Assembly (NCBI RefSeq): GCF_030144855.1
Contig: NC_082716.1
Location: 39,680,001-39,744,000, forward strand
From: Hypanus sabinus
Taxonomy: Eukaryota
Direction of reading: 5' to 3'
DNA length: 64,000 nucleotides
Position 1 is the stretch's first letter, and each line of letters begins with the position of its first letter. The notes under the pieces are model-generated. The model was not told the origin of the DNA. It was given only the letters and a program-made list of their open reading frames with translations, and searched no databases. Below are positions 13,773 to 24,479 of the stretch, piece after piece. A program made the translations under genes and the position numbers.

Positions 13773-13895
13773 CGGAAAGCAATGCCTTCATCCTCTTTCA
13801 AGATACCATAATCTAAGGAGATTGTGTGACGAAGATCTGACACTAAGGGGATTTTTGTTGCACCAAGTCCTCCTTGCTTTCTTGGGGTGTTGATC
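13773..13895 (-). CDS. PRDX1: Peroxiredoxin-1 exon 4 (123 bp)
   Basis: AG/GT-bounded; (W)[41 protein letters not shown] with the GGLG motif; phase joins exon 3. Confidence 0.95.
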
Positions 13896-14516
13896 CTATC
13901 AAATACAAAAACAGTTTTAATTGTATTTAAGTGAGATGAGTAAAATAAATCTTGCAAATACATATACAATTAAGGGAAGCTCATTTGGTAACTATATATA
14001 AATTCTATTTGACCACCATTTTAATGACCATCTTATGTAAGGATGTCGAAGAAATTTACCAAAGTCATCCCAGGGACGAGAGATTTTGGTTAAGAGAACA
14101 TATGGGAGAAACGAGGATCATTCTCTTTTATTTGAATATGGTGATGTGTGATCCAGAAGCTTCTTCAGAAGTCAAGCACAAGGGACTAATCAAGGATACA
14201 GATCAGGCAGCGAGGAATAGCAATGTACGGCATGGTCTGGCAAGGTACAGCATGTAACAATGGACTTGTTCTCATGCTCTTTCTTTATACCATAAACCAG
14301 TCTGAACCACTGAGATAAGGGGACTCGCCATTGATAATAGAACACAGTAGAAAAGTACTGAGTTACAGTGCCATAACACTTCAGGCTTTACAAAGCAAAA
14401 TGTAGAAATATAGAACTAAATAGATCGAAGTTACAAATGTTTACAAACATAAGCAAATGTAAAAACTGAAACTACAAGAAAAACAATTTTCAATTCCAAA
14501 GTGCAGGATAAAAAAG

Positions 14517-15241
14517 TGTAACCCCCTGGGTCACCTCAGGCTCACTCAGCTCGTTCTCGTCTGGGGGAGCTGCCTTCGGCCCCGCCAAACTGGGTAATCA
14601 GCTGGTGTGGATGCTGTGTGATGTCCCCGCCTCGCCCAAAAACAGACAGTACACCATATGCGATTAAATGAGTACAATTTATAAAGGTTACTATAACCAA
14701 GTGATTAATAACGATACAGTATATATGAAGAGAAAATTAAAGAAAAGGCGCCAAACTTATCAAAGTCCAAACCTCTTCGTGCACAACCGTTGGAGCTCAA
14801 TTACTGAAGTCTTCTGGCCACCATTCGATCCCCTCCGAACTCCTCGACTCGCAGCTCAGGACCCTCTGAACTCCTCGACTCGCAGCTCAGGACCCTCCGA
14901 ACTCCTCGACTCTCCAAACAGCTCAGGACCCTCCGAGTGGTCAACCAAGCACATCCAGCTTCATCCCCCCCCCCCGGAGAATCTCCCGGCCTTGGACCCC
15001 CCTTTGGGGTCCGATCCTCGCCCAGCTTAGAGCATTGCGTCCTCTCTCTCGACCCCCTCGCGCCGATCTGCCCAAAAGCCCGTCAACAAAAGCTTACAGA
15101 CTCAGAAGAAAGAACATTAATCCCCATTTGGTTTACAAAGGAATACCATTCTCGTTATCAGTAAATTAGCATTCCTGCTAGTTAACAAAAAGAAACCCTT
15201 TCCCAACAATAACAAAGAAAATAAAGAAACCCCCCTTTACA
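14517..15241 (-). repeat. 3' LTR (725 bp) with 3 copies of a 31-36-bp internal tandem unit
   Basis: Direct repeat of 17860-18551; termini TGTAA…TTACA. Confidence 0.95.
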
Positions 15242-15254
15242 CACTTCCTCCACC
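15242..15254 (-). promoter_or_regulatory. Polypurine tract
   Basis: Minus strand GGTGGAGGAAGTG abutting the 3' LTR. Confidence 0.8.
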
Positions 15255-15513
15255 AAATAAAAGTCATGTCCTCATGACTACTAAATAACTCGCCACCTTT
15301 CCTGCCAACACACCGTAACCCAAGCACAAACAGTGACATCTCCTCCCCACACAGTAACCCTCACGCCCTGTTCCTCAGGCGCTACTTAGGCCAACTATCT
15401 GGGAGTTCCCTAACCCTTCTGAGGCCTCCGTACCCCCTCACCTAAACCCTTCAGGCTCGGACACAACTGGGGATACCTTGGGCCCACTACCAACTCCTCT
15501 CTCAACCTCTCAC

Positions 15514-16524
15514 TCATGCCCCACACTGCACACAGCTAACCCTCCCCGCTACACCTGACTCAATGGGAGAAGGGCCAAAGGTCTCTTCCTCAATCGAGGG
15601 AAAGTCAGCAAAAGGCAGCATGTACCACACATCCAGCACATCATCCATCGAATCTGTATTCTTCCTCATTCCTGTGATCGGTAGCTGCTGTTTGATCTTC
15701 TCCAAATGGAAACACGTGGCCTGCACTGCTCCCGCAGTCTCTTCAGCCTCCTGTTCAGTATTCACTGCACTTCTCTCCAGCTTTTTCTTCCTCATGACTT
15801 CTTCCAGATCAACTTTCAGGTTTTGCACTTCATTTGAACTGTCGATGGTCATCTTCAGGTTCCCTTCAAGCTTCCGCTTCTCTCTTCTGAGATTCATCTG
15901 TAATTTCTTCACCTCTGCAAACTCCCCTCTCCGGGTTCTCAGTTTGCTATTACCCTCAGTCAGACAACTTTCTTCATTCTCTCCAACTTGTAAGTCTTCC
16001 GAATGGTTCCAGATCACTTTCTCCAGTCTCTCCGTCTTCATTTCAAACTTGATTCCGTAGAGACAGTCTCTCACGAGCTGCGTCCTTCGCCAGCCCTGGC
16101 ACGTGTCCCGAAAACACTTTAACTCGGTAGTTCTCAGCTGCTCCTGCAACGACCTCACTTCATATTCTCCTGAGGCAAATCCAAATACCAAGAGATCATC
16201 CACATACACCAAAACTCCAAACGCCTCCACATCCCCTATGGTCTTCCACCTGCCCAGCAGGAAGGTTGCAAGGGCTCCAGATATGCCCTGTGGCATCTTT
16301 TCGGACCCGAAGACTCCTAGGGAATTTATAACGGCCGTCTTCTCCTTGTTGGCCCCACTCATCGGGATCTGGCAATATCCACTCCTCAGATCCAGCACCT
16401 TAAACCACTTCACACCACTCAGACAGGCCATCGCCTCTCTGGCCCTCAGGGCCATATTCTGGTCACTGACAGTGCGCCTCTTCAACGCAATATAATCCAT
16501 ACACACGCTGCCTACATCTTCCAT
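15514..16524 (-). CDS. Chimeric ORF: degenerate Gypsy RT, short RNase H remnant, myosin-heavy-chain-like coiled coil, Gypsy-type acidic tail (336 aa)
   Basis: aa1-145 RT motifs incl. YVDD (16195-16206); aa150-164 [12 protein letters not shown] resembles RNase H DYLYGxxFxVxTD; aa~166-268 myosin-rod-like ([17 protein letters not shown]…[11 protein letters not shown]). Confidence 0.7.
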   Translation of the reverse strand: MEDVGSVCMDYIALKRRTVSDQNMALRAREAMACLSGVKWFKVLDLRSGYCQIPMSGANKEKTAVINSLGVFGSEKMPQGISGALATFLLGRWKTIGDVEAFGVLVYVDDLLVFGFASGEYEVRSLQEQLRTTELKCFRDTCQGWRRTQLVRDCLYGIKFEMKTERLEKVIWNHSEDLQVGENEESCLTEGNSKLRTRRGEFAEVKKLQMNLRREKRKLEGNLKMTIDSSNEVQNLKVDLEEVMRKKKLERSAVNTEQEAEETAGAVQATCFHLEKIKQQLPITGMRKNTDSMDDVLDVWYMLPFADFPSIEEETFGPSPIESGVAGRVSCVQCGA

Positions 16525-16630
16525 GGCTGTAGGGGCCAGTCACCGCAACCTCTCTCTCTCCGAGGTGTCTTCAGCAGTCAACTCCCCTCCCTTGTGGTAT
16601 TTCACAGCGTCCACGAAGAGGGTCTCACCC

Positions 16631-17779
16631 TCAGATACTTCCCCCAGGCCAAACCACCACTGGCTCTTTGTTTGAATTCGGTATCAGCCCAATGCTGCTA
16701 CACACGTCCGCACAAGCAGCTCGAAACCCTGGGTGCATCGACAATGCCTCCAAACAGCGCTCACCCGCCTCCTCCGGGCAGACTCCCAAGCGCACCAGCA
16801 GGATTTTGGTTCTCTCTAGAACCGAAACGCTGCCCGTCTCAACAGGGTCCGGACACATCAGCATTAACGATTCATGAACCTCAGTCTCCTCCACATTTGC
16901 CTCTAAGAACTCCATTTTCACTGACCAACAACCGTTGTCTGGATAATCACCGGCACTGGTACCCCGAATCTCCAGTGTCCTCAATGTCATCAAGGGTAAA
17001 TGCTTCCAATAACGGTTATGAAACAAACTGTACAGCAACTTCACCGGCACCCCGGTGCCGAGGATGGCTTTAACTTGACTTCCATCCATCCGTAACAACA
17101 CCTGTGCACGTGGCCCCTCTAAGCCTTCAGGAATAGGGTCTGTTCCTTTCGGGAGTTCCTTGGTACATTGCTGGGAACGTGCTCCCCCAGAGACCCCAAG
17201 CTGTTCCCCCACTGGGCCTCCTCTAAGTTTCCCGACACCTCTCGAATCAACGGAACAACTGATCCCCTTGACAGATCCCCTTGGCACCACAAGCAATTTA
17301 TCTGCCCCCCTAGGCAAAAAGGGATACCCTAAAAACTTCCCACCAATCTCCTGCCACAGATATAATAAGCCCCCCAGCTGCGGCATTTGACTTCCAGTCG
17401 AACCACACGCATTTTCCCACACTTTCCCAGAACTGGCAGCGGTCACTTCGAGGTAATTGCGCCCGACAGTTCTAACAAAGTCACCAGCCCGCCTACTCAA
17501 ACTTTCAACCCGTCCCTGTCGCTTTTCCTCAGCCAAGCACTGCCACTCACCCAACAACTGAGAGGTCCGCTCCGCCCACGCTTCCGCCCCTTTAGGGCTG
17601 GACATTATTCCAACAACCGGGCGGAGCTCACCACTGCTGAAACATCCCAACCCGTCACTCCTCAATCTCCAAACAGTACGGACAACCCATGGTCCCACCA
17701 CCATTTCGTCAGCCAACAGCAACCACCCCATCCAACACACACACAGCGATAACCAGCAATCGCACACCCACAAAGGCAC
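16631..17779 (-). CDS. Degenerate PNMA-like Gag fused to an inactive aspartic protease (382-aa ORF)
   Basis: [19 protein letters not shown] is PNMA/Gypsy-Gag-like; [10 protein letters not shown]…KAILGTG shows the protease DTG motif changed to GTG. Confidence 0.7.
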   Translation of the reverse strand: MPLWVCDCWLSLCVCWMGWLLLADEMVVGPWVVRTVWRLRSDGLGCFSSGELRPVVGIMSSPKGAEAWAERTSQLLGEWQCLAEEKRQGRVESLSRRAGDFVRTVGRNYLEVTAASSGKVWENACGSTGSQMPQLGGLLYLWQEIGGKFLGYPFLPRGADKLLVVPRGSVKGISCSVDSRGVGKLRGGPVGEQLGVSGGARSQQCTKELPKGTDPIPEGLEGPRAQVLLRMDGSQVKAILGTGVPVKLLYSLFHNRYWKHLPLMTLRTLEIRGTSAGDYPDNGCWSVKMEFLEANVEETEVHESLMLMCPDPVETGSVSVLERTKILLVRLGVCPEEAGERCLEALSMHPGFRAACADVCSSIGLIPNSNKEPVVVWPGGSI

Positions 17780-17838
17780 ACCAGCTCCGCCGCAGACACA
17801 ATTTAAAGAGGGTGATCACACAGCTTCCACAGAAATCA

Positions 17839-17856
17839 ATCCCGGACGAGCCCCCA
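17839..17856 (-). promoter_or_regulatory. Primer-binding site, tRNA-Pro
   Basis: Minus strand TGGGGGCTCGTCCGGGAT, 3 nt from the 5' LTR; the 18-nt complement of the tRNA-Pro 3' end. Confidence 0.92.
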
Positions 17857-17859
17857 CAA

Positions 17860-18551
17860 TGTAACCCCCTGGGTCACCTCAGGCTCACTCAGCTCGTTCT
17901 CGTCTGGGGGAGCTGCCTTCGGCCCCGCCAAACTGGGTAATCAGCTGGTGTGGATGCTGTGTGATGTCCCCGCCTCGCCCAAAAACAGACAGTACACCAT
18001 ATGCGATTAAATGAGTACAATTTATAAAGGTTACTATAACCAAGTGATTAATAACGATACAGTATATATGAAGAGAAAATTAAAGAAAAGGCGCCAAACT
18101 TATCAAAGTCCAAACCTCTTCGTGCACAACCGTTGGAGCTCAATTACTGAAGTCTTCTGGCCACCATTCGATCCCCTCCGAACTCCTCGACTCGCAGCTC
18201 AGGACCCTCCGAACTCCTCGACTCGCAGCTCAGGACCCTCCGAGTGGTCAACCAAGCACATCCAGCTTCATCCCCCCCCCCCCCCGGAGAATCTCCCGGC
18301 CTTGGACCCCCCTTTGGGGTCCGATCCTCGCCCAGCTTAGAGCATTGCGTCCTCTCTCTCGACCCCCTCGCGTCGATCTGCCCAAAAGCCCGTCAACAAA
18401 AGCTTACAGACTCAGAAGAAAGAACATTAATCCCCATTTGGTTTACAAAGGAATACCATTCTCGTTATCAGTAAATTAGCATTCCTGCTAGTTAACAAAA
18501 AGAAACCCTTTCCCAACAATAACAAAGAAAATAAAGAAACCCCCCTTTACA
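17860..18551 (-). repeat. 5' LTR (692 bp) with 2 copies of the 31-bp unit
   Basis: Direct repeat of 14517-15241; adjacent to the PBS. Confidence 0.95.
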
Positions 18552-18637
18552 AAAGCATTCTAAATGGACAATGAGGCAATGAGAGCTGATAAGCGAAGTC
18601 AAAGACAGAATAAAAGCAAAAGAGAGGGCATACAATA

Positions 18638-19585
18638 CAGGCAGAACCCGAGTTATGAACGTCCAACTTATGGACAACTCGTACTTATGAACCGAGGAAG
18701 GAAAACAGATCGCGACGCTGTCCGCCATTTTAAGTCATTGCCGTTGACACTGTGTTGAGTGTTTTAACTTTGTATTTGGCTTAAATTTTTCATAGTAAGA
18801 TTCACCCTGACCCCACGCTCCCCACCCGCCGTTCCAGTTGGCTGGTGGCACAGTGAGATCAGTGCCGGGCTTGAGAACAGAGGTTCCTGAGTTCGATACA
18901 GTGACAGACTGCACCAATGCAGGGATGATGTCGATCAAGTGATTCCCGTACAATCCGTGTTGGGTTGATGTCGAGCTTGCAACTCGACCTCGTAAACAAA
19001 AACACTGCCATCTCCAGTTTAAATTTCCATGCAGAATGTTGTTGAGGATCAAAAACCCAAACCCAGCACAGCCCCCACTTGTCCCATTTAACCTGTCTTA
19101 GTGCAGTGGACTTTAGGACCCGGGGAATTCAGTGCGGTGGTCCTTAGGACCCAGAGGACCTCGGGAGCCAGCGCCCAGTGTTTCTGTTCCATTGACAGGA
19201 AGCGATCGCAACTGAAAATAAAGTGGAAATAATAAAGCGTTTGGAAAGACGTGAAACGTCATCGGTCATGGGAAAAGCATTAGGCTACAGTCAACGATCG
19301 GAACAATTTTAAAGGGTAAAAGATAAAGTGAGAATAATGGAGCATGTGAAAGGCCCTGCCCCGATGAAAGCTGCATTACTAAGCAACGCAGTAGTTTAAT
19401 TATTGGAATACATACATTTCTTAAGTGTTTATATGCATAGAAAGGTAAAATATATATACTATATATTAAGACAAACGTTTGACTGACGCTAAATAATACC
19501 AGATGTACTTGTTCCAACTTACGTACAAATCTGACTTAAAGATAGACTCAGAAACGGAACTCGTACTTAACCCGGGGACTGCCTG
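18638..19585 (+). mobile_element. TcMar-Tigger non-autonomous DNA transposon
   Basis: TA|CAGGCAGAACCCGAGTTA…TAACCCGGGGACTGCCTG|TA; residual CENP-B-type HTH coding (ENKVEIIKRLER) ~19210-19320. Confidence 0.85.
18840..19010 (+). mobile_element. tRNA-derived SINE-like segment nested in the Tigger element
   Basis: A-box-like TGGCACAGTGA and B-box-like GAGTTCGA at tRNA spacing; boundaries approximate. Confidence 0.45.
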
Positions 19586-21949
19586 TATAGCAATAATTAA
19601 TAGGAAACTAGAGAATTAGGCAGCTTTTAAAAACCACCAGAAGGCAACTGAGAAAGCAATAAGGAGAGGAAAAATTGAAAAAATGAAGGTAAGCTAGCCA
19701 ATAATATAAAAGAGAGGATATTGGACAACTAGAAAAAGACCATGGAGCGGTAGCAATGGCAAACACAGAAATGGCTGACAAACTCAGTCAGTATTTTGCA
19801 TCAGCTTTCACTGTGGAAGATACCACAAGCATATGCCAGAAATTCAAGACTGTCAAGAGGCAGAAGTGAGTATAGTTGCTATCACTAAGGACAAGGTGCT
19901 TGGGAAGCTGAAAGGTCCAAAGATAGATAGGTCACACCTTAAGAAGGGAGTGAGGCAGAAGAAAGGAAATTATTGGCCAGTTAGCCTGACTTTAGTTGGT
20001 AAGATTTTGGAGCACATTATTAAGGATTAGAGTTTGGTGTACTTGGAGGCACCTGACAAAAAAAGCCGATGTCAGCATGGTTTTCTTAAGGGGAAATCTT
20101 GCCGAACAAATCTGTTGGAATTCTTTTGAGGAAATAACAGGCATGATAGACCAAGAAGCATTGGCTGATGTTGTGTACTTGGATTTTAAGAAGGCCTTTG
20201 ACAATGTGCAACACGAGGCTGTTAAATAAGTGCCTATGGTATCACAGGAAGATACTAGCATGGATAGATTAGCTGACTGGCAGAAAGCAAAGAGTGGAAA
20301 TAAAGAGACCTTTTAGCTGCCAGTTCAAGTGATGTCCTGCAGGAGTTGGTGTTGGGACCACTTCTTTTCACAGTATACCTTTTGTCAACAATTTGGATGA
20401 TGGAATCGATAGTTTTGTGGCCAAGATTGCAGATGGTATGAAGGTACACGGAGGGACAGGTAATGTTGAGGATACAGTAGGACATGGTCAGATTATGAGA
20501 ATGGGCAAAGAATTGGCAAATGGAATACAGTCTAGAAAAATGTACAGTCATGCATTTAGGTAGAAGGAATAAAGGTGGAGACTTCTTCTAAATGGGAAGA
20601 AAATTCAGAAATCAGGGGTGCAAAGGTGTTCGGGAGTCTGCATGCAAGATTTCCTAAATGTTAACTTGCAGGTCGAGTCAGTGGCAAGGAAAGGAAATGC
20701 AATGTCAGCATTAATTTCAAGAGGACTAGAATACAAAAGCAAGGATATAATGCTGAGGTTTTTTAAGACATTGTTCAGACTGCACTTAGCAGGATTGTGA
20801 GTAGTTTTCAGGCTCCTTATCTAAGAAAGGAAGTGTTTGCATTGGAGAGGTTCATGAGAATGATCCCGGGAAGGAAAAGGTATGAGGAGCACAATGCCTC
20901 TGGGCCTGTTCACGCTGGAGTTCAGAATGAGTGGCGTCTCATAGAAACTTATTGAATATTGAATGCCCTAGGTCAGGGGTCAGCAACCTTTACCACTGAA
21001 AGAGCCACTTGGACCCGTTTCCCACAGAAAAGAAAACACTGGGAGCCGCAAAACCCGTTTGACATTTAAAATGAAATAACACTGCATACAACGTTTTGTT
21101 TTGCCTTTATGCTATGTATAAACAAACTATAATGTGTTGCATTTATGAAATCGATGAACTCCTGCAGAGAAAACGAAATTACATTTCTGCATGCAACAAA
21201 AACATTTTGAACTCCGAAAAAAAGACGTTGGGTTGAAGGTTACTTTTAAGTAAAATACTCAACGTCTATATGAGTCCTTCATGTATTTATGAAAAACGCC
21301 AAACTTAAATTTGCCGCCAGCAGCAAACCAAAAATAACGTCAGCCAGCTGTCAACCTGAAAAATAAAAGGACTATTTCACTGAACAATGAAAACATATAA
21401 ATATACGTAAAATAATAGGCAATTAAAATATTTATCATACTTGTTCAGGTTGACTCACACCTGACAATGCAGTCGTATTCAGTAGGGATGGATCGATGCT
21501 TAGGGGAGTGACCGGGAAGGATAATGTGTTTTTTTCCTCTCTGAACTCACAGAAGCGTTTCCCAAACGATGTTTGCTTTGCGATGATTGCAGAATGTAAA
21601 TACTCCGAATTTATCATGTCGTGACCTTGTTTGAACTCTCTCAAATTGGGGAAGTGAGACAATGTGCCTTTCTGTAAATCTCTGGCAAGCAACGTCAACT
21701 TGCGCTCGAATGCCAAAACATCCTCCAACATGTGCAGGGCTGTACGTCCTTACCCCGTTGAAGAGCTGTGTTCAGCGTGTTCAGGTGCGCTATCATGTCT
21801 ACCATGAAGTGTAGCTTTTCCAGCCACTCTGACTGTTCCAGCTCAGGAAAGTTGAGCCCTTTGCTGCCCAGGAATGTTTTCACTTCTTCCAGACACGCGA
21901 CAAAGCGTTTCAGCACCTCCCCTCTGGACAGCCAGCAATAAAAACACGT

Positions 21950-22164
21950 TGTAGCGGTGTGCTACACGCAGTCAGTAAACTGCAGTCAAAGATAGCTTTA
22001 TTCGAACTAAACAGCCTTGCTTTTAAGCCTCCCTCAACCCGCCCCCCATGGGCGCGGATGCTGCAAAAGACACGTACTCACAAACCCCCGTAGGCTATCT
22101 CCCTTAGCCTGAACGCTGGCTAATTGTGAGCCGGTTCGGATGTGTCAGGAAATGGGTCGCCACA
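21950..22164. mobile_element. Solo LTR A (215 bp) inside the hAT element
   Basis: TGTAGCG…CGCCACA termini; ACGT TSD (21946-21949, 22165-22168). Confidence 0.85.
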
Positions 22165-22269
22165 ACGTCTTATTTAGATTGTACAAGATCACCATAATCT
22201 TCAAATTTAGATTTACATTTCAAAAACTAACAAACTAACATAAAATACATTTTAATTAAATACTGACCA

Positions 22270-22484
22270 TGTAGCGGTGTGCTACACGCAGCGCTAAAAT
22301 TACGACACGGAGTCGGTAACTGCAGTCGAAGGAAAAAACTTTATTCAAAATCTTCAGCCTCACTTTTAAGCCTCCCTCAACCTGCCCCCCATGGCGCAGA
22401 GGCTCCAAAGCTCTGTGCTCGCAAACCCCCGTAGGCTATCTAATTGTGAGCAGGTTCGGATGTGCCAGGAAAAGGGTCGCCACA
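22270..22484. mobile_element. Solo LTR B (215 bp), related to A, inside the hAT element
   Basis: TGTAGCG…CGCCACA termini; ACCA TSD (22266-22269, 22485-22488). Confidence 0.85.
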
Positions 22485-23652
22485 ACCAATTATTTCCCAA
22501 GGCAACAGGGAGCCGCAGCACAGACGTAAAAGAGCCACATGTGGCTCCGGAGCCGCGGGTTGCCGACCCCCGCCCTAGGTAGAGTGGACATGAAGAGGAT
22601 GTTTCCTATAGAGGGAGGAATCTAGGACTAGAGGCCACAGGCTCTTAATTAGAAACATGTCCCTTTGAAACAGAGATGAGGAGTAATTTTGTTAGTGAAA
22701 GGGTGGTGAATCTGTGAAATTCATTGCCACAGACAGCTGTGGCGGTCAAGTCATTGGGTATATTTATATTGGAGTTTGATAGGTTTAAGTAAGGGTGCAA
22801 GGGCGTCAAAGGTTACAGGGAGAATGCAGGAGAATGGGGTATAACAATAAAGGATGATAGATCAGCTACAATATAACGGCAGAGCAGACTCGAAGGCCGA
22901 AAGCCTAATTCTGTTCCTAAGTCTTATGAAAAACAATGATCTAGATCCTAATCCAACACTTTGGAACAAAAAGAAATTGCAAAGGATGTATTAGATGTAA
23001 TAGATGTATTAAAAATTATGAAAGGTGCTGGAGTGGATAGAGATAACTGTTCCCACCAGAATGAACCAAGAAGTGGGGAATATAGCATTACTAGGACTGG
23101 CAAAGAAACAAAAGAGACACAAGAAAAATTCTGTGATTAGATTAAGGGGCACACTGCCAGGAGTAGTAGTGAAGGCAGATCCAATTGCAAAATTCAAAAG
23201 GGAACTGGATAAATACCTGAATGGAAAAAATTCACAGGACTTTCAAAAGGAAGGAGAGTAGAAGTATATGGATTGTTGTTGCATTGATCTGGCACTAAGT
23301 GGATTATGAACTTTTCTTTGGAATGTGTCTTTAAATTATCATGGTTTCTTGGGAATTATAATTGATACTCTGGCTGCAACTAAACCCCCTGTAAATAAAT
23401 TAACCAGCCAACTGCGATATTTGTCGCTTCATATTGGTTTCAGTGGGCTTGCAGCTATATTTTTCACAGGACTTCTGTTTTAAGAGATGTGTAGGCCTCT
23501 GCCAAAAAAGCTGAACACACCACACCAGCACCAGTCAGACTCCTAAGATACTTCTACACCTTTGATTTCAGTACTGCTTAATCCTGGTTTGACTATGAAG
23601 CTCTGATGTCAGCAATGAAGTTACCTATTACCAGAGGTTATATGACTACTGA

Positions 23653-24479
23653 TGTTACAAACCCCATAACTGGGTCACTTACCAGCAAAGATAGAGAGGT
23701 CCGTTGAAGTCTGATGGTACTATTTTTAACAGTATTTATTAGTAAAAATACACAAAAATAGTATCAATGCAGACATACAGATAATATACATCGTCAATAC
23801 TAAATCTAAAAGTGCGGGTATAATAATAATAAGAAGAAATAAGCTCTATCGTTGTCTAGGGAATAAATGTATTGTCCGATGGAAATATAAAGGTCACTCA
23901 GTTCATTCAGGCTGCAGCCTTTGGTTGGAGTCGAGAGAGAGAGATTTTTAGAAACTTGTCAGCTTTTCCTTTTATGATTTCAATCCTTCACAGTCTCGTT
24001 GTCATGACCGTTCACTTGTGGCCTCTCCTTTAGCTAAGCCGTTCTTCCGTGTTAAGCCCACTACCCTGGCAAGGGAGGACGCACACGGGCGCCACCGGCT
24101 TTGGCTATCGAATGCTGTCACTGGATTTCCAGCGTTTCTCCTGGTGCGCCTGAAGGGGTTGTTCCCCAGACCCTCTTTTATCCTTACTCACGGGGTCTCA
24201 GATGTCAATCAGGTTGGGATGATGTAATCCCTCAACCAGCCCACTCTGGTCATCCCCTGAGGGCTTCAATGAATAGTACAGTACTCAATACACAATTCCA
24301 TCTCCAAGAGACAATGGCCGTTATCCGTGGCTTTGTCTTGCTGAGGCCAGGACACATTCCAAAACCTTGAGGATTCTCTCTCATTTCCTGGGTCCCAGAC
24401 CTGAATTAATAGCGATCTTGCGATTCTCAAAAAGGAGGGGGCAACTTTGTACCCTCAGAGTTGTGGCACATTCGTAACA
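23653..24479. mobile_element. Solo LTR (827 bp)
   Basis: TGTTAC…GTAACA termini; CTGA TSD (23649-23652, 24480-24483); minus-strand GGATAAAAG and AATAAA suggest minus orientation. Confidence 0.9.

Larger units (their letters stand above)
14517..18551 (-). mobile_element. Gypsy/Ty3 LTR retrotransposon, internally deleted and non-autonomous (4035 bp)
   Basis: Two TG…CA LTRs; AAAG TSD (14513-14516, 18552-18555); PBS and PPT; PNMA-like Gag, protease and RT (LDLRSGY, MPQG, YVDD) on the minus strand; no integrase core. Confidence 0.95.
20974..22572 (-). mobile_element. hAT (Charlie group) transposon, internally deleted
   Basis: TIRs CAGGGGTCAGCAACC…GGTTGCCGACCCCCG; 8-bp TSD CCCTAGGT (20966-20973, 22573-22580); transposase fragment WLSRGEVLKRF…HLNTLNTALQ on the minus strand 21435-21935. 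Confidence 0.92.
18560..22930 (+). mobile_element. Older CR1 LINE, split by a Tigger element and a hAT element
   Basis: CR1 ORF2 remnants (YFASAFT, NYWPVSLT, DVVYLDFKKAFD, ISRGLEYKSK) rejoin across the inserts; CR1 3' tail ~22880-22930. Confidence 0.8.

Noticed and set aside
14831-14935. CRISPR-like array of ~31-bp repeats
   Set aside because: Head-to-tail units without spacers, inside a eukaryotic LTR
14668-15030. 120-aa and 109-aa (18011-18340) ORFs inside the LTRs, with a KRKLKKRR patch; both LTR indels preserve frame
   Set aside because: Antisense to the element, no recognisable homology, and the 31-bp unit is not a multiple of 3; two in-frame indels can occur by chance
15563-17752. Series of plus-strand ORFs over the Gypsy internal region
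   Set aside because: Antisense shadows of coding sequence in C-rich DNA; no domain similarity
14517-18551. Endogenous gammaretrovirus, suggested by the MLV-type tRNA-Pro PBS
   Set aside because: Gag is PNMA/Gypsy-like, RT motifs are Gypsy-type and there is no env; the PBS only reflects the conserved tRNA-Pro 3' end
21950-22484. A TRIM/mini LTR element with two LTRs and a 105-bp interior
   Set aside because: Each repeat has its own TSD, no PBS/PPT lies between them, and the spacer looks like host hAT sequence
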